NCBI GenBank assembly: GCA_051531975.1
Contig: JAOPTT010000021.1
Span: 1-33,733 of the forward strand
DNA from: Spirochaetaceae bacterium
GTDB taxonomy: Bacteria; Spirochaetota; Spirochaetia; DSM-2461
Direction of reading: 5' to 3'
DNA: 33,733 nt
The notes under the pieces were generated by a model. The model made no database searches and had not been told where the DNA came from. It was given only the letters and a program-made list of their open reading frames with translations. Below, piece after piece: positions 9,769 to 18,490 of this stretch. The position numbers and the translations under genes were made by a program. Positions within the stretch are counted from its first letter, which is position 1; each line of letters begins with the position of its first letter.

Positions 9769-11214
9769 TACAATATAATTAGTAGAAGATGTATTTCCTC
9801 CTCTACCAGTCCAGTTTGAATGAAAAAACTCATTTCTTGGTTTATCAACCCTTTCATAAGTATGAGCACCAAAATAATCTCGTTGTGCTTGGATAAGATT
9901 AGCTGGAAGTGTAGAACTTCTTAATCCATTAAAATAGTTTAATGAAGATGTAAAAGTTGGTACAGGAATATCATTTAATACTGCCAATGAACAGATTGAT
10001 CTAAAACCATCTAATGATTTTTTAATCTCTTTTGTGAAATATGTATCTAAAACTAAGTTTTCAAGTTTTTTATTTTTTCTAAATGCATTTGCAATTTTAT
10101 CTAGAAATGAACTTCTAATAATACATCCACCTCTCCAAGTTTCAGCAATTTCTGCCATATTTAGATTCCAAGAGAACTTAATATCAGCATCAGATAACAG
10201 AGTAAATCCCTGAGTATAAGAGATAATTTTAGCTGCATATAATGTATCTTTAAGATCATTTAATATCTCTTCTTTACTTTTAGTTAAAGTAACTTCAACA
10301 CGTGAAAATTCTTTAGATACTTCTTCTCTAATACTCTTTATTGAAGACAAATATCTACTAAATACAGCCTCTGTAATTAGTGTTAAAGGGTTACCAAGTT
10401 CAAGTGCTGTTTCAACAGTCCATCGACCTGTACCTTTTTGTCCTGCTACATCTAAAATTTTATCTAAAACATATTCATTGTTTTCTTTATATTTAAAAAT
10501 ATCAGCCGTAATTTCAACTAAATAACTATCTAATACACCACTGTTCCAAGTAGTAAATTGTTCACCAATTTCACTATTATTCATACCTAATAAATTTTTC
10601 ATTATGTTATATGCTTCTGATATTAGTTGCATATCACCATACTCTATTCCATTATGAACCATTTTTACAAAATGACCAGCACCACCACGTCCCATCCAGT
10701 TACAACAAGGATCTCCATTATCAGCTTTTGCAGAAATAGATGTAAATATCTCTCTAATTAGTGGCCACGCCTCTGGATTACCTCCTGGCATTAAAGATGG
10801 GCCTAAAAGAGCACCCTCCTCACCTCCAGATACACCTGAACCTATAAATAGAATTCCTTTACCATTTAGAGAATCTACTCTTTTTTCAGTATCTCTGTAA
10901 TCAGAATTACCACCATCAACAATAACATCACCTTTTCCCAAATATGGTAATAAGGATTCAATTGTCTTATCTACAACATCACCAGCTTTCACCATTAAAA
11001 TAATCTTTCTTGGAACTGAGATAGATTTTACAAAATCTTCTATTTTATCTGACCCAACAAAGTTTTTATTTAAGGCTCTACCTTCGATAAAATTCTTTGT
11101 TTTACTATAAGTTCTATTAAATACAGAGACAGAATATCCCCTACTTTCAATGTTTAATGCAAGATTCTCACCCATTACAGCAAGACCAATTACACCAATA
11201 TCTGTTAATTTCAT
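9766..11214 (-). CDS. gnd: NADP-dependent 6-phosphogluconate dehydrogenase, decarboxylating
   Basis: GLAVMGENLALN, FNRT, GVSGGEEGA, GHFVKMVHNGIEYGDMQ, GQKGTG, WRGGCIIRS, QAQRDYFGAH. Confidence 0.98.
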   Translation of the reverse strand: MKLTDIGVIGLAVMGENLALNIESRGYSVSVFNRTYSKTKNFIEGRALNKNFVGSDKIEDFVKSISVPRKIILMVKAGDVVDKTIESLLPYLGKGDVIVDGGNSDYRDTEKRVDSLNGKGILFIGSGVSGGEEGALLGPSLMPGGNPEAWPLIREIFTSISAKADNGDPCCNWMGRGGAGHFVKMVHNGIEYGDMQLISEAYNIMKNLLGMNNSEIGEQFTTWNSGVLDSYLVEITADIFKYKENNEYVLDKILDVAGQKGTGRWTVETALELGNPLTLITEAVFSRYLSSIKSIREEVSKEFSRVEVTLTKSKEEILNDLKDTLYAAKIISYTQGFTLLSDADIKFSWNLNMAEIAETWRGGCIIRSSFLDKIANAFRKNKKLENLVLDTYFTKEIKKSLDGFRSICSLAVLNDIPVPTFTSSLNYFNGLRSSTLPANLIQAQRDYFGAHTYERVDKPRNEFFHSNWTGRGGNTSSTNYIV

Positions 11215-11245
11215 ATAAACCTCTCTTAAATATAATAATCTTTTT

Positions 11246-11264
11246 AAGAATGATTATCAATAAT
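11246..11264. promoter_or_regulatory. Fur-box-like operator upstream of gnd
   Basis: AAGAATGATTATCAATAAT; shares AATGATTATCA with the pgl site; 14/19 to the Fur consensus. Confidence 0.45.
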
Positions 11265-11316
11265 AAATTTAAACATTTTACTACTTCAGAGAGAGTTTAT
11301 AATATATAATGTTTTC

Positions 11317-11961
11317 ATGAAAAATATATATCTTTTTAGCTCAGTAATTATTTTATTTTTTATCTGTAATAATACTGTATATTCAGATCAAATTCATTTA
11401 AAAATACCATTAATACAGGAATCACCAGAACAAAACAACTTTTATCATGAACTCTTAGAGATAGCATTGCAACAAAATGGTTTTACTCTAACTTTAGACA
11501 TAATTGAAATACCACAAAAAAGAAGTAGAATTTATTTAGAGAATAGTAATATATCAATCTTGTGGATGGTTGAATCTAAAGAACGTAATAGTAATTTTAT
11601 TCCTATCAAAGTTAATATCACCAATAATTTAATTGGAAAAAGAATTTTTTTAATAAAAAAAGATAATCAATATAAATTCGATAATATTAGCTCTTTAAAA
11701 GAGTTCCAAAAATTAAATTTAGTTTCAGGATTTGGTGAAGGTTGGTTTGATTCAAGAGTTTGGGAGTTAAATAAATTAAGATACAAAGAACATGTTGGAA
11801 ATTGGAGATCTATATATGCAATGCTTGGAAATGATCGTTATTACGACTATTTTCCTAGAGGCATTAATGAAATAATAGAAGATAGTAAAATTCACCCAAA
11901 CGTACAACCGGGGATGATCAGGTTCGTATCGCCTGCTGTTGTAAAAGCCTTCTGGAACTAA
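11317..11961 (+). pseudogene. Secreted substrate-binding (PBP type 2-like) protein, C-terminally truncated at ~11900 and running into foreign sequence
   Basis: Signal peptide, then ILWMVESKERN...LIGKRIFLI...GFGEGWFDSRVW...DYFPRGINEI. After IHPN the composition changes abruptly and the last ~19 residues are an alternative frame of the next gene. Confidence 0.65.
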
Positions 11962-12388
11962 CTGCAACATCAAGAGAGTACGGTATGCGATTAGCATTGG
12001 AAAATATGAGACGCCGTGATGATGCGCCAAATCGAGCAGGAATGCGTGGGGATGATTTATCAGTCATCATCGAGGGAACCGATGAATCAGTTGTCGGTCT
12101 ATGTTACGACACGGAACACGCAACATCAGTGAGAATGAAGATATAGCTAATGCATTCGCCCGTAATGCAAAACGAATGATTCACATACATTGGAATGATA
12201 ATTTTGGAATAGAGGATGAACACTTAGAACCAACCGAAGGCAATATCGATTTCCCGCCATTCTTCAAAACTGCAAAGGAAGTTTCCTATAAAGGAATGGT
12301 CGAACTGGAAGTATCCCCTAGAGATGGTGAAGATCCATTAATATTCTACAAGCGAAATTATAAACGGTTTGTGGAGTTCACCCGGTAA
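11901..12388 (+). pseudogene. Sugar-phosphate isomerase/epimerase (xylose-isomerase-like TIM barrel) remnant, 5'-truncated and frameshifted
   Basis: The frame from 11901 reads ...CKSLLELTATSREYGMRLALENMRR...VGLCYDTEHA. A net 1-nt loss near 12111-12122 then shifts into the 12101 ORF frame: NISENEDI...IHIHWNDNFG..DEHL...GNIDF...YKGMVELEV. The family's metal-ligand motifs are split over two frames, and an in-frame TAA at 11886-11888 removes the N-terminus. Confidence 0.8.
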
Positions 12389-12474
12389 TTCCACTATTTT
12401 CTATAAATTCAAGGATTTGCCATAACTCATTCCATAATTAGTCGGACAATTCCCTTTTTTTCCTATATCCAGCA
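12382..12474 (+). repeat. Direct repeat copy 1 (~95 bp), putative AraC operator/promoter
   Basis: 41/43 identical first block and 28/28 identical last block versus 16442-16536; lies upstream of the 12524 gene. Confidence 0.9.
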
Positions 12475-12523
12475 TTGAGTTAGCCTAATATTATAGATTA
12501 TATACTTTAAAAAAGGAAATATA

Positions 12524-13192
12524 ATGAAACTACTATTAATAAGGCATGCAGATCCTGACTATGCTAATGATACAATTACTAAAAAGGGACATCTTCAGGC
12601 TGATCTTCTAGCAAAAAGTCTACTTAATGTTCCAATTGATCACATTTTAGTATCTCCACTTGGACGGGCTAGACATACTGCGGACTATATTATTAATTTA
12701 AAAAAAATGGATTTTAAGCAGCTTGATTTTCTTAAAGAATTAAGTGGCAAATATACTGATAATGATTTTGCCTGGGATCACCATGGTAGCCATCTGCTTA
12801 AACCTGGACTTGATATAACAAAATCCAACTGGCCTAAACAAGTTCCCTATGGAAAACATATGAGGCCTGTGTTTCAAGAATTCACTTCTAGTTTCGATTC
12901 TTGTATTTCAACCTATGGGCTGGAAAGATCAGGACATTTATACAGGGTGAATAAAACAAAAGACGAAACGATAGCAATTGTATGTCATATGGGAGTAATA
13001 TTAACCCTCTTAAGTCATCTGCTTCACATCCCCTTACCTGTTGCCTTTTCACAGTTCCGTATAGAACCCTCCAGTGTTACAAGGCTTGAATTGGAGATAA
13101 ATGAAGGTTTGGGAGTTTTCCGTCTTATATCACTAAATGATATGTCCCATGCAAAATCACTTCCCGCTAATGTTTATGTGACTGCACAATGA
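12524..13192 (+). CDS. Histidine phosphatase (PGM-like) family protein
   Basis: LLLIRHADPDY, SPLGRARHTA, LKE, IVCHMG. Confidence 0.9.
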   Translation: MKLLLIRHADPDYANDTITKKGHLQADLLAKSLLNVPIDHILVSPLGRARHTADYIINLKKMDFKQLDFLKELSGKYTDNDFAWDHHGSHLLKPGLDITKSNWPKQVPYGKHMRPVFQEFTSSFDSCISTYGLERSGHLYRVNKTKDETIAIVCHMGVILTLLSHLLHIPLPVAFSQFRIEPSSVTRLELEINEGLGVFRLISLNDMSHAKSLPANVYVTAQ

Positions 13193-13201
13193 TGAGTAAC
13201 T

Positions 13202-14008
13202 ATGGATGAAATAAATGACAATAATTTCAGAATCGTACATATAAGTGATACTCAATTAGGTTTCACTGACAGTATGAATAGGAACAGGTTAGCTAAAGAA
13301 CTAGGCAGACCTGAAGAGGATTTAGAATTACAGTATTCTAAAATCGATAAAGAATATTATGAACTTGCAGTTAAAGAAATTAACCAGTTAGACCCTAAAC
13401 CCGATGTAGTCATAAATACAGGAGATCTGGTTGATTCTCCTGAAAACGTGACAGCATGGCAAGATTATCAGGATGTTACAAATTCAATAAGTTCTCCTGT
13501 TTATGAAGTAAAAGGCAATCATGACGGCCCTATTGAAAGAGGGAAAGATTATTACAGCTTTACGTTAAAAGGTCTGTTATTCACTGTAATAAACACCCAG
13601 TTCCTTAAAAATAGTGAATTTTATCCTGAAGAATGTAATAAACAAAAGAGATTTATTGAAAAGGAACTCTCTGATAATCGTTACAATAAAAATATAATAA
13701 TGTTAATGCATCATCCGCCTATACCCCATGAAACCGTTAGAAATGAAGACTATTTTTTTATACCAGCAATACAGAGAAAATGGGTAATCGAATTATTAGA
13801 AAAATATAATATTAGAGCTGTATTATCAGGTCATCTGCACCGGAATATTATTCTTAAATATAAAGATACAGAATTGATAACAACAGGTTCAATCGGTGAA
13901 GCTTTGGGTCACGATTATGATGGGGAAATTGCAAAACGTGGATTCAGAGTAATAGATATCAATCTGAAAACAAGTGTTATTAATCACGATTATATAAAAC
14001 TACACTGA
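13202..14008 (+). CDS. Calcineurin-like metallophosphoesterase (CPPED1/Icc-like)
   Basis: HISDTQLG, NTGDLVD, GNHD, MHHP, SGHLH. Confidence 0.9.
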   Translation: MDEINDNNFRIVHISDTQLGFTDSMNRNRLAKELGRPEEDLELQYSKIDKEYYELAVKEINQLDPKPDVVINTGDLVDSPENVTAWQDYQDVTNSISSPVYEVKGNHDGPIERGKDYYSFTLKGLLFTVINTQFLKNSEFYPEECNKQKRFIEKELSDNRYNKNIIMLMHHPPIPHETVRNEDYFFIPAIQRKWVIELLEKYNIRAVLSGHLHRNIILKYKDTELITTGSIGEALGHDYDGEIAKRGFRVIDINLKTSVINHDYIKLH

Positions 14009-14016
14009 ATAAAACG

Positions 14017-14063
14017 TTCTACTCTTATTTTTTGATCGACACCAACAGAGTGTAGGAGTAGAA
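14017..14063. terminator. Possible terminator hairpin between convergent genes
   Basis: TTCTACTCTTA ... TAGGAGTAGAA 11-bp arms (one G-U pair) with a long 25-nt loop. Confidence 0.4.
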
Positions 14064-14066
14064 AAA

Positions 14067-16388
14067 TTATCTCGATTTCCGATAATCCCCTGGGCTTACT
14101 CCAAAATTCTTTTTAAATGCTTTGTAAAAAGTAGTCTGAATAGCATAACCCGATTCCAATGAAATATCTTTAATATGTTTATAACTTTCATCTTTCAGTT
14201 GCATTACGGCATGATCCATACGGATTTTCTCAAGGTATTGATGAAAACTAATTCCATAATATTCCTTAAAAAGTTTAAAAATATAATTTCCTGTTATCCC
14301 TAATTCCTGTCCTACATGATCAGCAGACAGAAAAGGATTAGTAAAGTTATTGTCAATGTATGTGCATAGGTCCTGTACCATTTTTGCTTTACGATCATTT
14401 TTAACAGTGTTTTTTTGGTCAACCAGCCTGTTTAGAATCTCTTTATGTTTATTAAAATATTCCATGTAATTATTTATAGTGATATTTACATTGACAACGT
14501 CTCTAATAGACGAATCTAATTTATCATCGTTAAAAACCACCCTTTTTGTTATACTGATAAGGATACCTGTCATGGATATCAAAAGAATTTTAATCAATGA
14601 AAAAGAAATTTTGTTTTCAACGAAGTTTTTTAGATATATTTCATCTAAAATCATCTTTAGAGCTATTTCATCACCTGAAATGACGCTGTTTATCAGTTTC
14701 CTTTCAAAATCAACAGGATAATACAGAGGATATGAGTCTTCATCTTCTTTTACAGACCATGAAATGCCTTTATCTGTTTCCAGATTATGTGTATCCCGTA
14801 TGATAGACGCTTGCTCAAAGGAGTAGTGAATATCGTTTATTAATTGCACACCAGAACCCACAGAGATCTTTGTTTCAGAAAAATTCTCAGTTGATATTCT
14901 GGTATAAAGCGATTCAACAAAAGACTTCAACTGTTCATCCTTTATAAAAGAAGCATCCTGTTTTATTAATATTATTTCACTGGGGTTACGGTCATAAAGA
15001 TATATATTTTCCCCCGGCAGTTGTTTTTTCATTATTAATTTTATATGAGATTTCCAGAGGGCTATTTCTCCGATTTCATCGGAACGGGTGATTTTTGAAT
15101 CTGAAATTAAACTGAGTATGATTACAGTATATCTATTTGCATCTATGTCGAGGCAGGAATTAATAACTTCTTTTCTCTCTTCCTCATGGATATGATATCC
15201 TGTAAGCAGCTTTTTGATAACTGTCGATTCAAGCAGTTCCGTCTGTTCCTCTAGATAATCTGTCATTCTGTGAACACTAAAATTGAAAGTGGAGAACAGT
15301 CCTTTGGGATTATTATGTTTCCCTTTGTCTTCACCGTAGAGAATAAGCCGTTCCTGAAACTCAAGATACATTTCATTTACCGGCTTGCTGTTCTGATAAA
15401 CTATTATAAATGAGAAAACCAATCCCAGGAGTATGAGAGAGGACATTATAGATATCAGAAAGTATCGGATTTTTTTTGTCTGATCCCTCAGATATTTTTT
15501 TGATTGAATAACGACATATCTGTAAGGCTGGTTAGGACTGCCGTTTTCTGTTACAAACCATTTGGAGTTCTCTTTGAAAACATCGAGATCCGATTTAGTT
15601 AATACCGAGTTGGATAATAAAGTTTCAAATCGATTCCCCGTTGCCGTTCCAAATTGAATATTATTATCTTTATCGAGAACAAATACACATCCCTCATTGG
15701 ATATATCCAATTTTTTAAGTGTTTTAATCAATGCATTTTTATCTATATATATAACTATAACTCCGCTTTGCTCGCTATAGGAACTACCAAAATCCTGGAT
15801 CATGCCCATTCTATAGGTGAAGTGTGATACTTTGTTATCTGGATTCAAGTCGATTAAAGAAACGATATTAGCAAAAGTATTTCTGTCAAAAGTTTGATTG
15901 TAAAAAAAATTAAAGGCTTCATTTATTTTGTCATCATGAAATCTGAGGGCGTATTTCAGATATGTTTCCAAAGGAAGAGATAATTCGTAGTTCAGTATAA
16001 CCGCAGGTGATTTGATTAGTACAAAATAATCGAGAATATAATCATGACTAATTCCCGATGGAACCAGGCTTTTTTTTACATCGATATCAAATAGTTCTTT
16101 TGACATCGACTGCTTGTTCATATCCTCTAAATCTACGGAAAAGTTAAAGGAAGAGGAAACATAACTAAGATGGGAAAAGAGTTTTTTCGAGTCTACAAAC
16201 AAGGTAGCCATGGATTCCTCGACTTCTTCAAGCAGGAAATGGTTTTTTTGTTTTATTTGATTTTCCGCAAGTTTTAAAGATTGATAATATAGTACACCAC
16301 CCATTAGCCAGAGCAGTAAAATCAGAATTAAATATGGTAAAAACAAAGTTGCAAAAATTCCGTAATAAGATTTTTTTCGATTAATCAT
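14067..16388 (-). CDS. Membrane-anchored one-component AraC-family regulator (Bacillus YtdP/YesS-like architecture)
   Basis: Two TM helices flanking a ~270-aa extracytoplasmic sensor; YYPVDFERKLIN motif; C-terminal AraC HTH (YIFKLFKEYYGISFHQYL...FYKAFKKNFGVSPGDYR); 773 aa; divergent from the ABC operon. Confidence 0.9.
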   Translation of the reverse strand: MINRKKSYYGIFATLFLPYLILILLLWLMGGVLYYQSLKLAENQIKQKNHFLLEEVEESMATLFVDSKKLFSHLSYVSSSFNFSVDLEDMNKQSMSKELFDIDVKKSLVPSGISHDYILDYFVLIKSPAVILNYELSLPLETYLKYALRFHDDKINEAFNFFYNQTFDRNTFANIVSLIDLNPDNKVSHFTYRMGMIQDFGSSYSEQSGVIVIYIDKNALIKTLKKLDISNEGCVFVLDKDNNIQFGTATGNRFETLLSNSVLTKSDLDVFKENSKWFVTENGSPNQPYRYVVIQSKKYLRDQTKKIRYFLISIMSSLILLGLVFSFIIVYQNSKPVNEMYLEFQERLILYGEDKGKHNNPKGLFSTFNFSVHRMTDYLEEQTELLESTVIKKLLTGYHIHEEERKEVINSCLDIDANRYTVIILSLISDSKITRSDEIGEIALWKSHIKLIMKKQLPGENIYLYDRNPSEIILIKQDASFIKDEQLKSFVESLYTRISTENFSETKISVGSGVQLINDIHYSFEQASIIRDTHNLETDKGISWSVKEDEDSYPLYYPVDFERKLINSVISGDEIALKMILDEIYLKNFVENKISFSLIKILLISMTGILISITKRVVFNDDKLDSSIRDVVNVNITINNYMEYFNKHKEILNRLVDQKNTVKNDRKAKMVQDLCTYIDNNFTNPFLSADHVGQELGITGNYIFKLFKEYYGISFHQYLEKIRMDHAVMQLKDESYKHIKDISLESGYAIQTTFYKAFKKNFGVSPGDYRKSR

Positions 16389-16441
16389 AAAAAAATATTA
16401 ACATCCCTCATCAGGAAATGCATTAAAAACTTTCCAACTAA

Positions 16442-16536
16442 CCGGTAATTCCACTATTTACTATAAATTCAAGGATTTTCCATATTTATCTTTCCACAAT
16501 TAGTCTATCAATTCCCTTTTTTTCCTATATCCAGCA
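16442..16536 (+). repeat. Direct repeat copy 2 (~95 bp), putative AraC operator/promoter
   Basis: Near-identical to 12382-12474; sits between the divergent regulator and the ABC operon. Confidence 0.9.
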
Positions 16537-16624
16537 CTAAATAATCCCAATAATATTATTAATGTACTTAAAAAGTAAAAATAATTAGATTCAATAATCA
16601 TTTGAAGGAGATTTAGGAGAGACA

Positions 16625-17569
16625 ATGAATAAATTGATAATTACAAAGAAAATAAGAAAAATACCTAAAAAGCGAAAACATAATTTATATAGTGACTGGA
16701 TGCTTTATACAATGGTTGTACCTGGAGTTATTTTCTTAATTTTATTTAAATACATCCCCCTGATGGGATCTGTTATTGCCTTCCAGGACTATAATATCTA
16801 TAAAGGAATTATGGAAAGCAACTGGGTTGGTTTCAAACATTTTATTACTATTTTTACCTATTATGATATTTGGAGAGTAATTCTGAATACATTCAGGATT
16901 GGATTTGAACTGGTTTTGTTTACTTTTCCTGTTCCAATAATCCTGGCTATTCTAATTAATGAAATAAGCAGTAAAATTGTGAAACGATCTGTTCAGACAC
17001 TGTTTTATCTTCCACATTTTTTCTCATGGGTACTGATTGCCAGCCTTGTATTTAAATTTCTAAGTATGGGCGGTCCTTTTAACAATATTCGTGTAATGTT
17101 AGGTTTGGATAAAATACTATTATTAAATGATTCCAGTTATTTTGACTTTATCCTTATTGTAAGTGATGTCTGGAAAAATGCCGGCTGGGGGACTATTGTA
17201 TACTTGGCTTCTATTGCCAGTATATCCCCTTCTCTTTATGAATCAGCTGCTATTGACGGAGCGAATCGTTTACAGCGTATTAAATATATAACACTGCCGT
17301 CTCTTGTTCCGGCAATAGTTATTCTGTTGCTGCTACGGCTGGGACGGTTCCTGGATATCGGTTTTGATTTTATCTATCAATTTCTAACGCCTATCAATAT
17401 TGACAATGGAGATATCATAGCTACTTACAATTACCGTGCCGGGATTATTGACGGAAAATTTTCTCTTTCCTCAGCACTTGGTATTTGCAGTGCCATTGTG
17501 GGATTAGTGTTTATTTTACTTTTTAATCACATTGCAAAGAAAAACACAGAAAATGGAGGGTTATTCTAA
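16625..17569 (+). CDS. Carbohydrate ABC transporter permease (LplB/YteP-like)
   Basis: FKYIPLMG, WVGFKHF, YLPHFFSWV, WKNAGWGTIVYLA, EAA loop LYESAAIDGA. Confidence 0.95.
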   Translation: MNKLIITKKIRKIPKKRKHNLYSDWMLYTMVVPGVIFLILFKYIPLMGSVIAFQDYNIYKGIMESNWVGFKHFITIFTYYDIWRVILNTFRIGFELVLFTFPVPIILAILINEISSKIVKRSVQTLFYLPHFFSWVLIASLVFKFLSMGGPFNNIRVMLGLDKILLLNDSSYFDFILIVSDVWKNAGWGTIVYLASIASISPSLYESAAIDGANRLQRIKYITLPSLVPAIVILLLLRLGRFLDIGFDFIYQFLTPINIDNGDIIATYNYRAGIIDGKFSLSSALGICSAIVGLVFILLFNHIAKKNTENGGLF

Positions 17570-18445
17570 ATGAGAAGAGAATCAAATGGCGATAAAATTT
17601 GGGTCACTACTATAACAGTTTTGCTACCCGTTCTTGCAATAATCAGTTTATATCCCCTTGTCTATATTCTGGCTGAATCATTCAGTGGGAACAATGCATT
17701 AGAAAAAGGGCTAGTTGTACTCTGGCCAGTGGATTTTAATTTTGAGAACTGGGCTAAAGCTCTTTCAGATGGATATGTGTTTCGGCCAATTATTAATTCC
17801 GCTGTGGTAACTGTGGTTGGAACAATCAGTAGTATACTGGTTTCAATTCTTCTTGCGTATCCAACCTCAAAAAAATCATTCCGATTTAGTAAGATCATAT
17901 CACTTGCTGTTGTGTTTACTATGATCCTTAAGTCTCCGATGATTCCATATTTTTTAACAATCCGGAGTTACGGTTTAATGAATAATCCACTTGTTCTGAT
18001 ACTTCCAAACTTATTAATTCCTTACAATTATTTTGTTCTCAAAACCTTTTTCCAGCAGACTCCTGATTCTCTAGAAGAATCGGCTCTGATGGATGGGGCT
18101 AATTTTTATCAGATTCTGTTCCAGATTGTTTTGCCGATATCCAAGGCTGCCCTAGCTACAATCGGGCTGTTTTATGCAGTACTCTTATGGAACCAGTTTT
18201 ATCATCCCAAACTGTTTATTATGGATGAAAAATACTACACAATTCAGCTTTATCTTAGACAGATTCTGGACCGAACGTCCTCTGCAGATCAGCAAACAAT
18301 GTTGATGAATCCAAATATAAAATATGGACCCAAGGGATTAAATGCAGTGTCTATCATAATATTGACTCTGCCCATATTAGTTGTATATCCATTTATACAG
18401 AAACATTTTGTAAAAGGTGCCACATTAGGTGCCATCAAAGGTTAA
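17570..18445 (+). CDS. Carbohydrate ABC transporter permease (LplC/YtcP-like)
   Basis: LEESALMDGA, ATIGLFYAVLLWN, YPFIQKHFVKGATLGAIKG. Confidence 0.95.
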   Translation: MRRESNGDKIWVTTITVLLPVLAIISLYPLVYILAESFSGNNALEKGLVVLWPVDFNFENWAKALSDGYVFRPIINSAVVTVVGTISSILVSILLAYPTSKKSFRFSKIISLAVVFTMILKSPMIPYFLTIRSYGLMNNPLVLILPNLLIPYNYFVLKTFFQQTPDSLEESALMDGANFYQILFQIVLPISKAALATIGLFYAVLLWNQFYHPKLFIMDEKYYTIQLYLRQILDRTSSADQQTMLMNPNIKYGPKGLNAVSIIILTLPILVVYPFIQKHFVKGATLGAIKG

Positions 18446-18490
18446 TTTGACAATCGTTGATTGTCTAGTAATATTAAGAAGGAGAATTTT

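Noticed and set aside
12101..12388. 95-aa ORF as an independent gene
   Set aside because: It is the post-frameshift half of the epimerase pseudogene.
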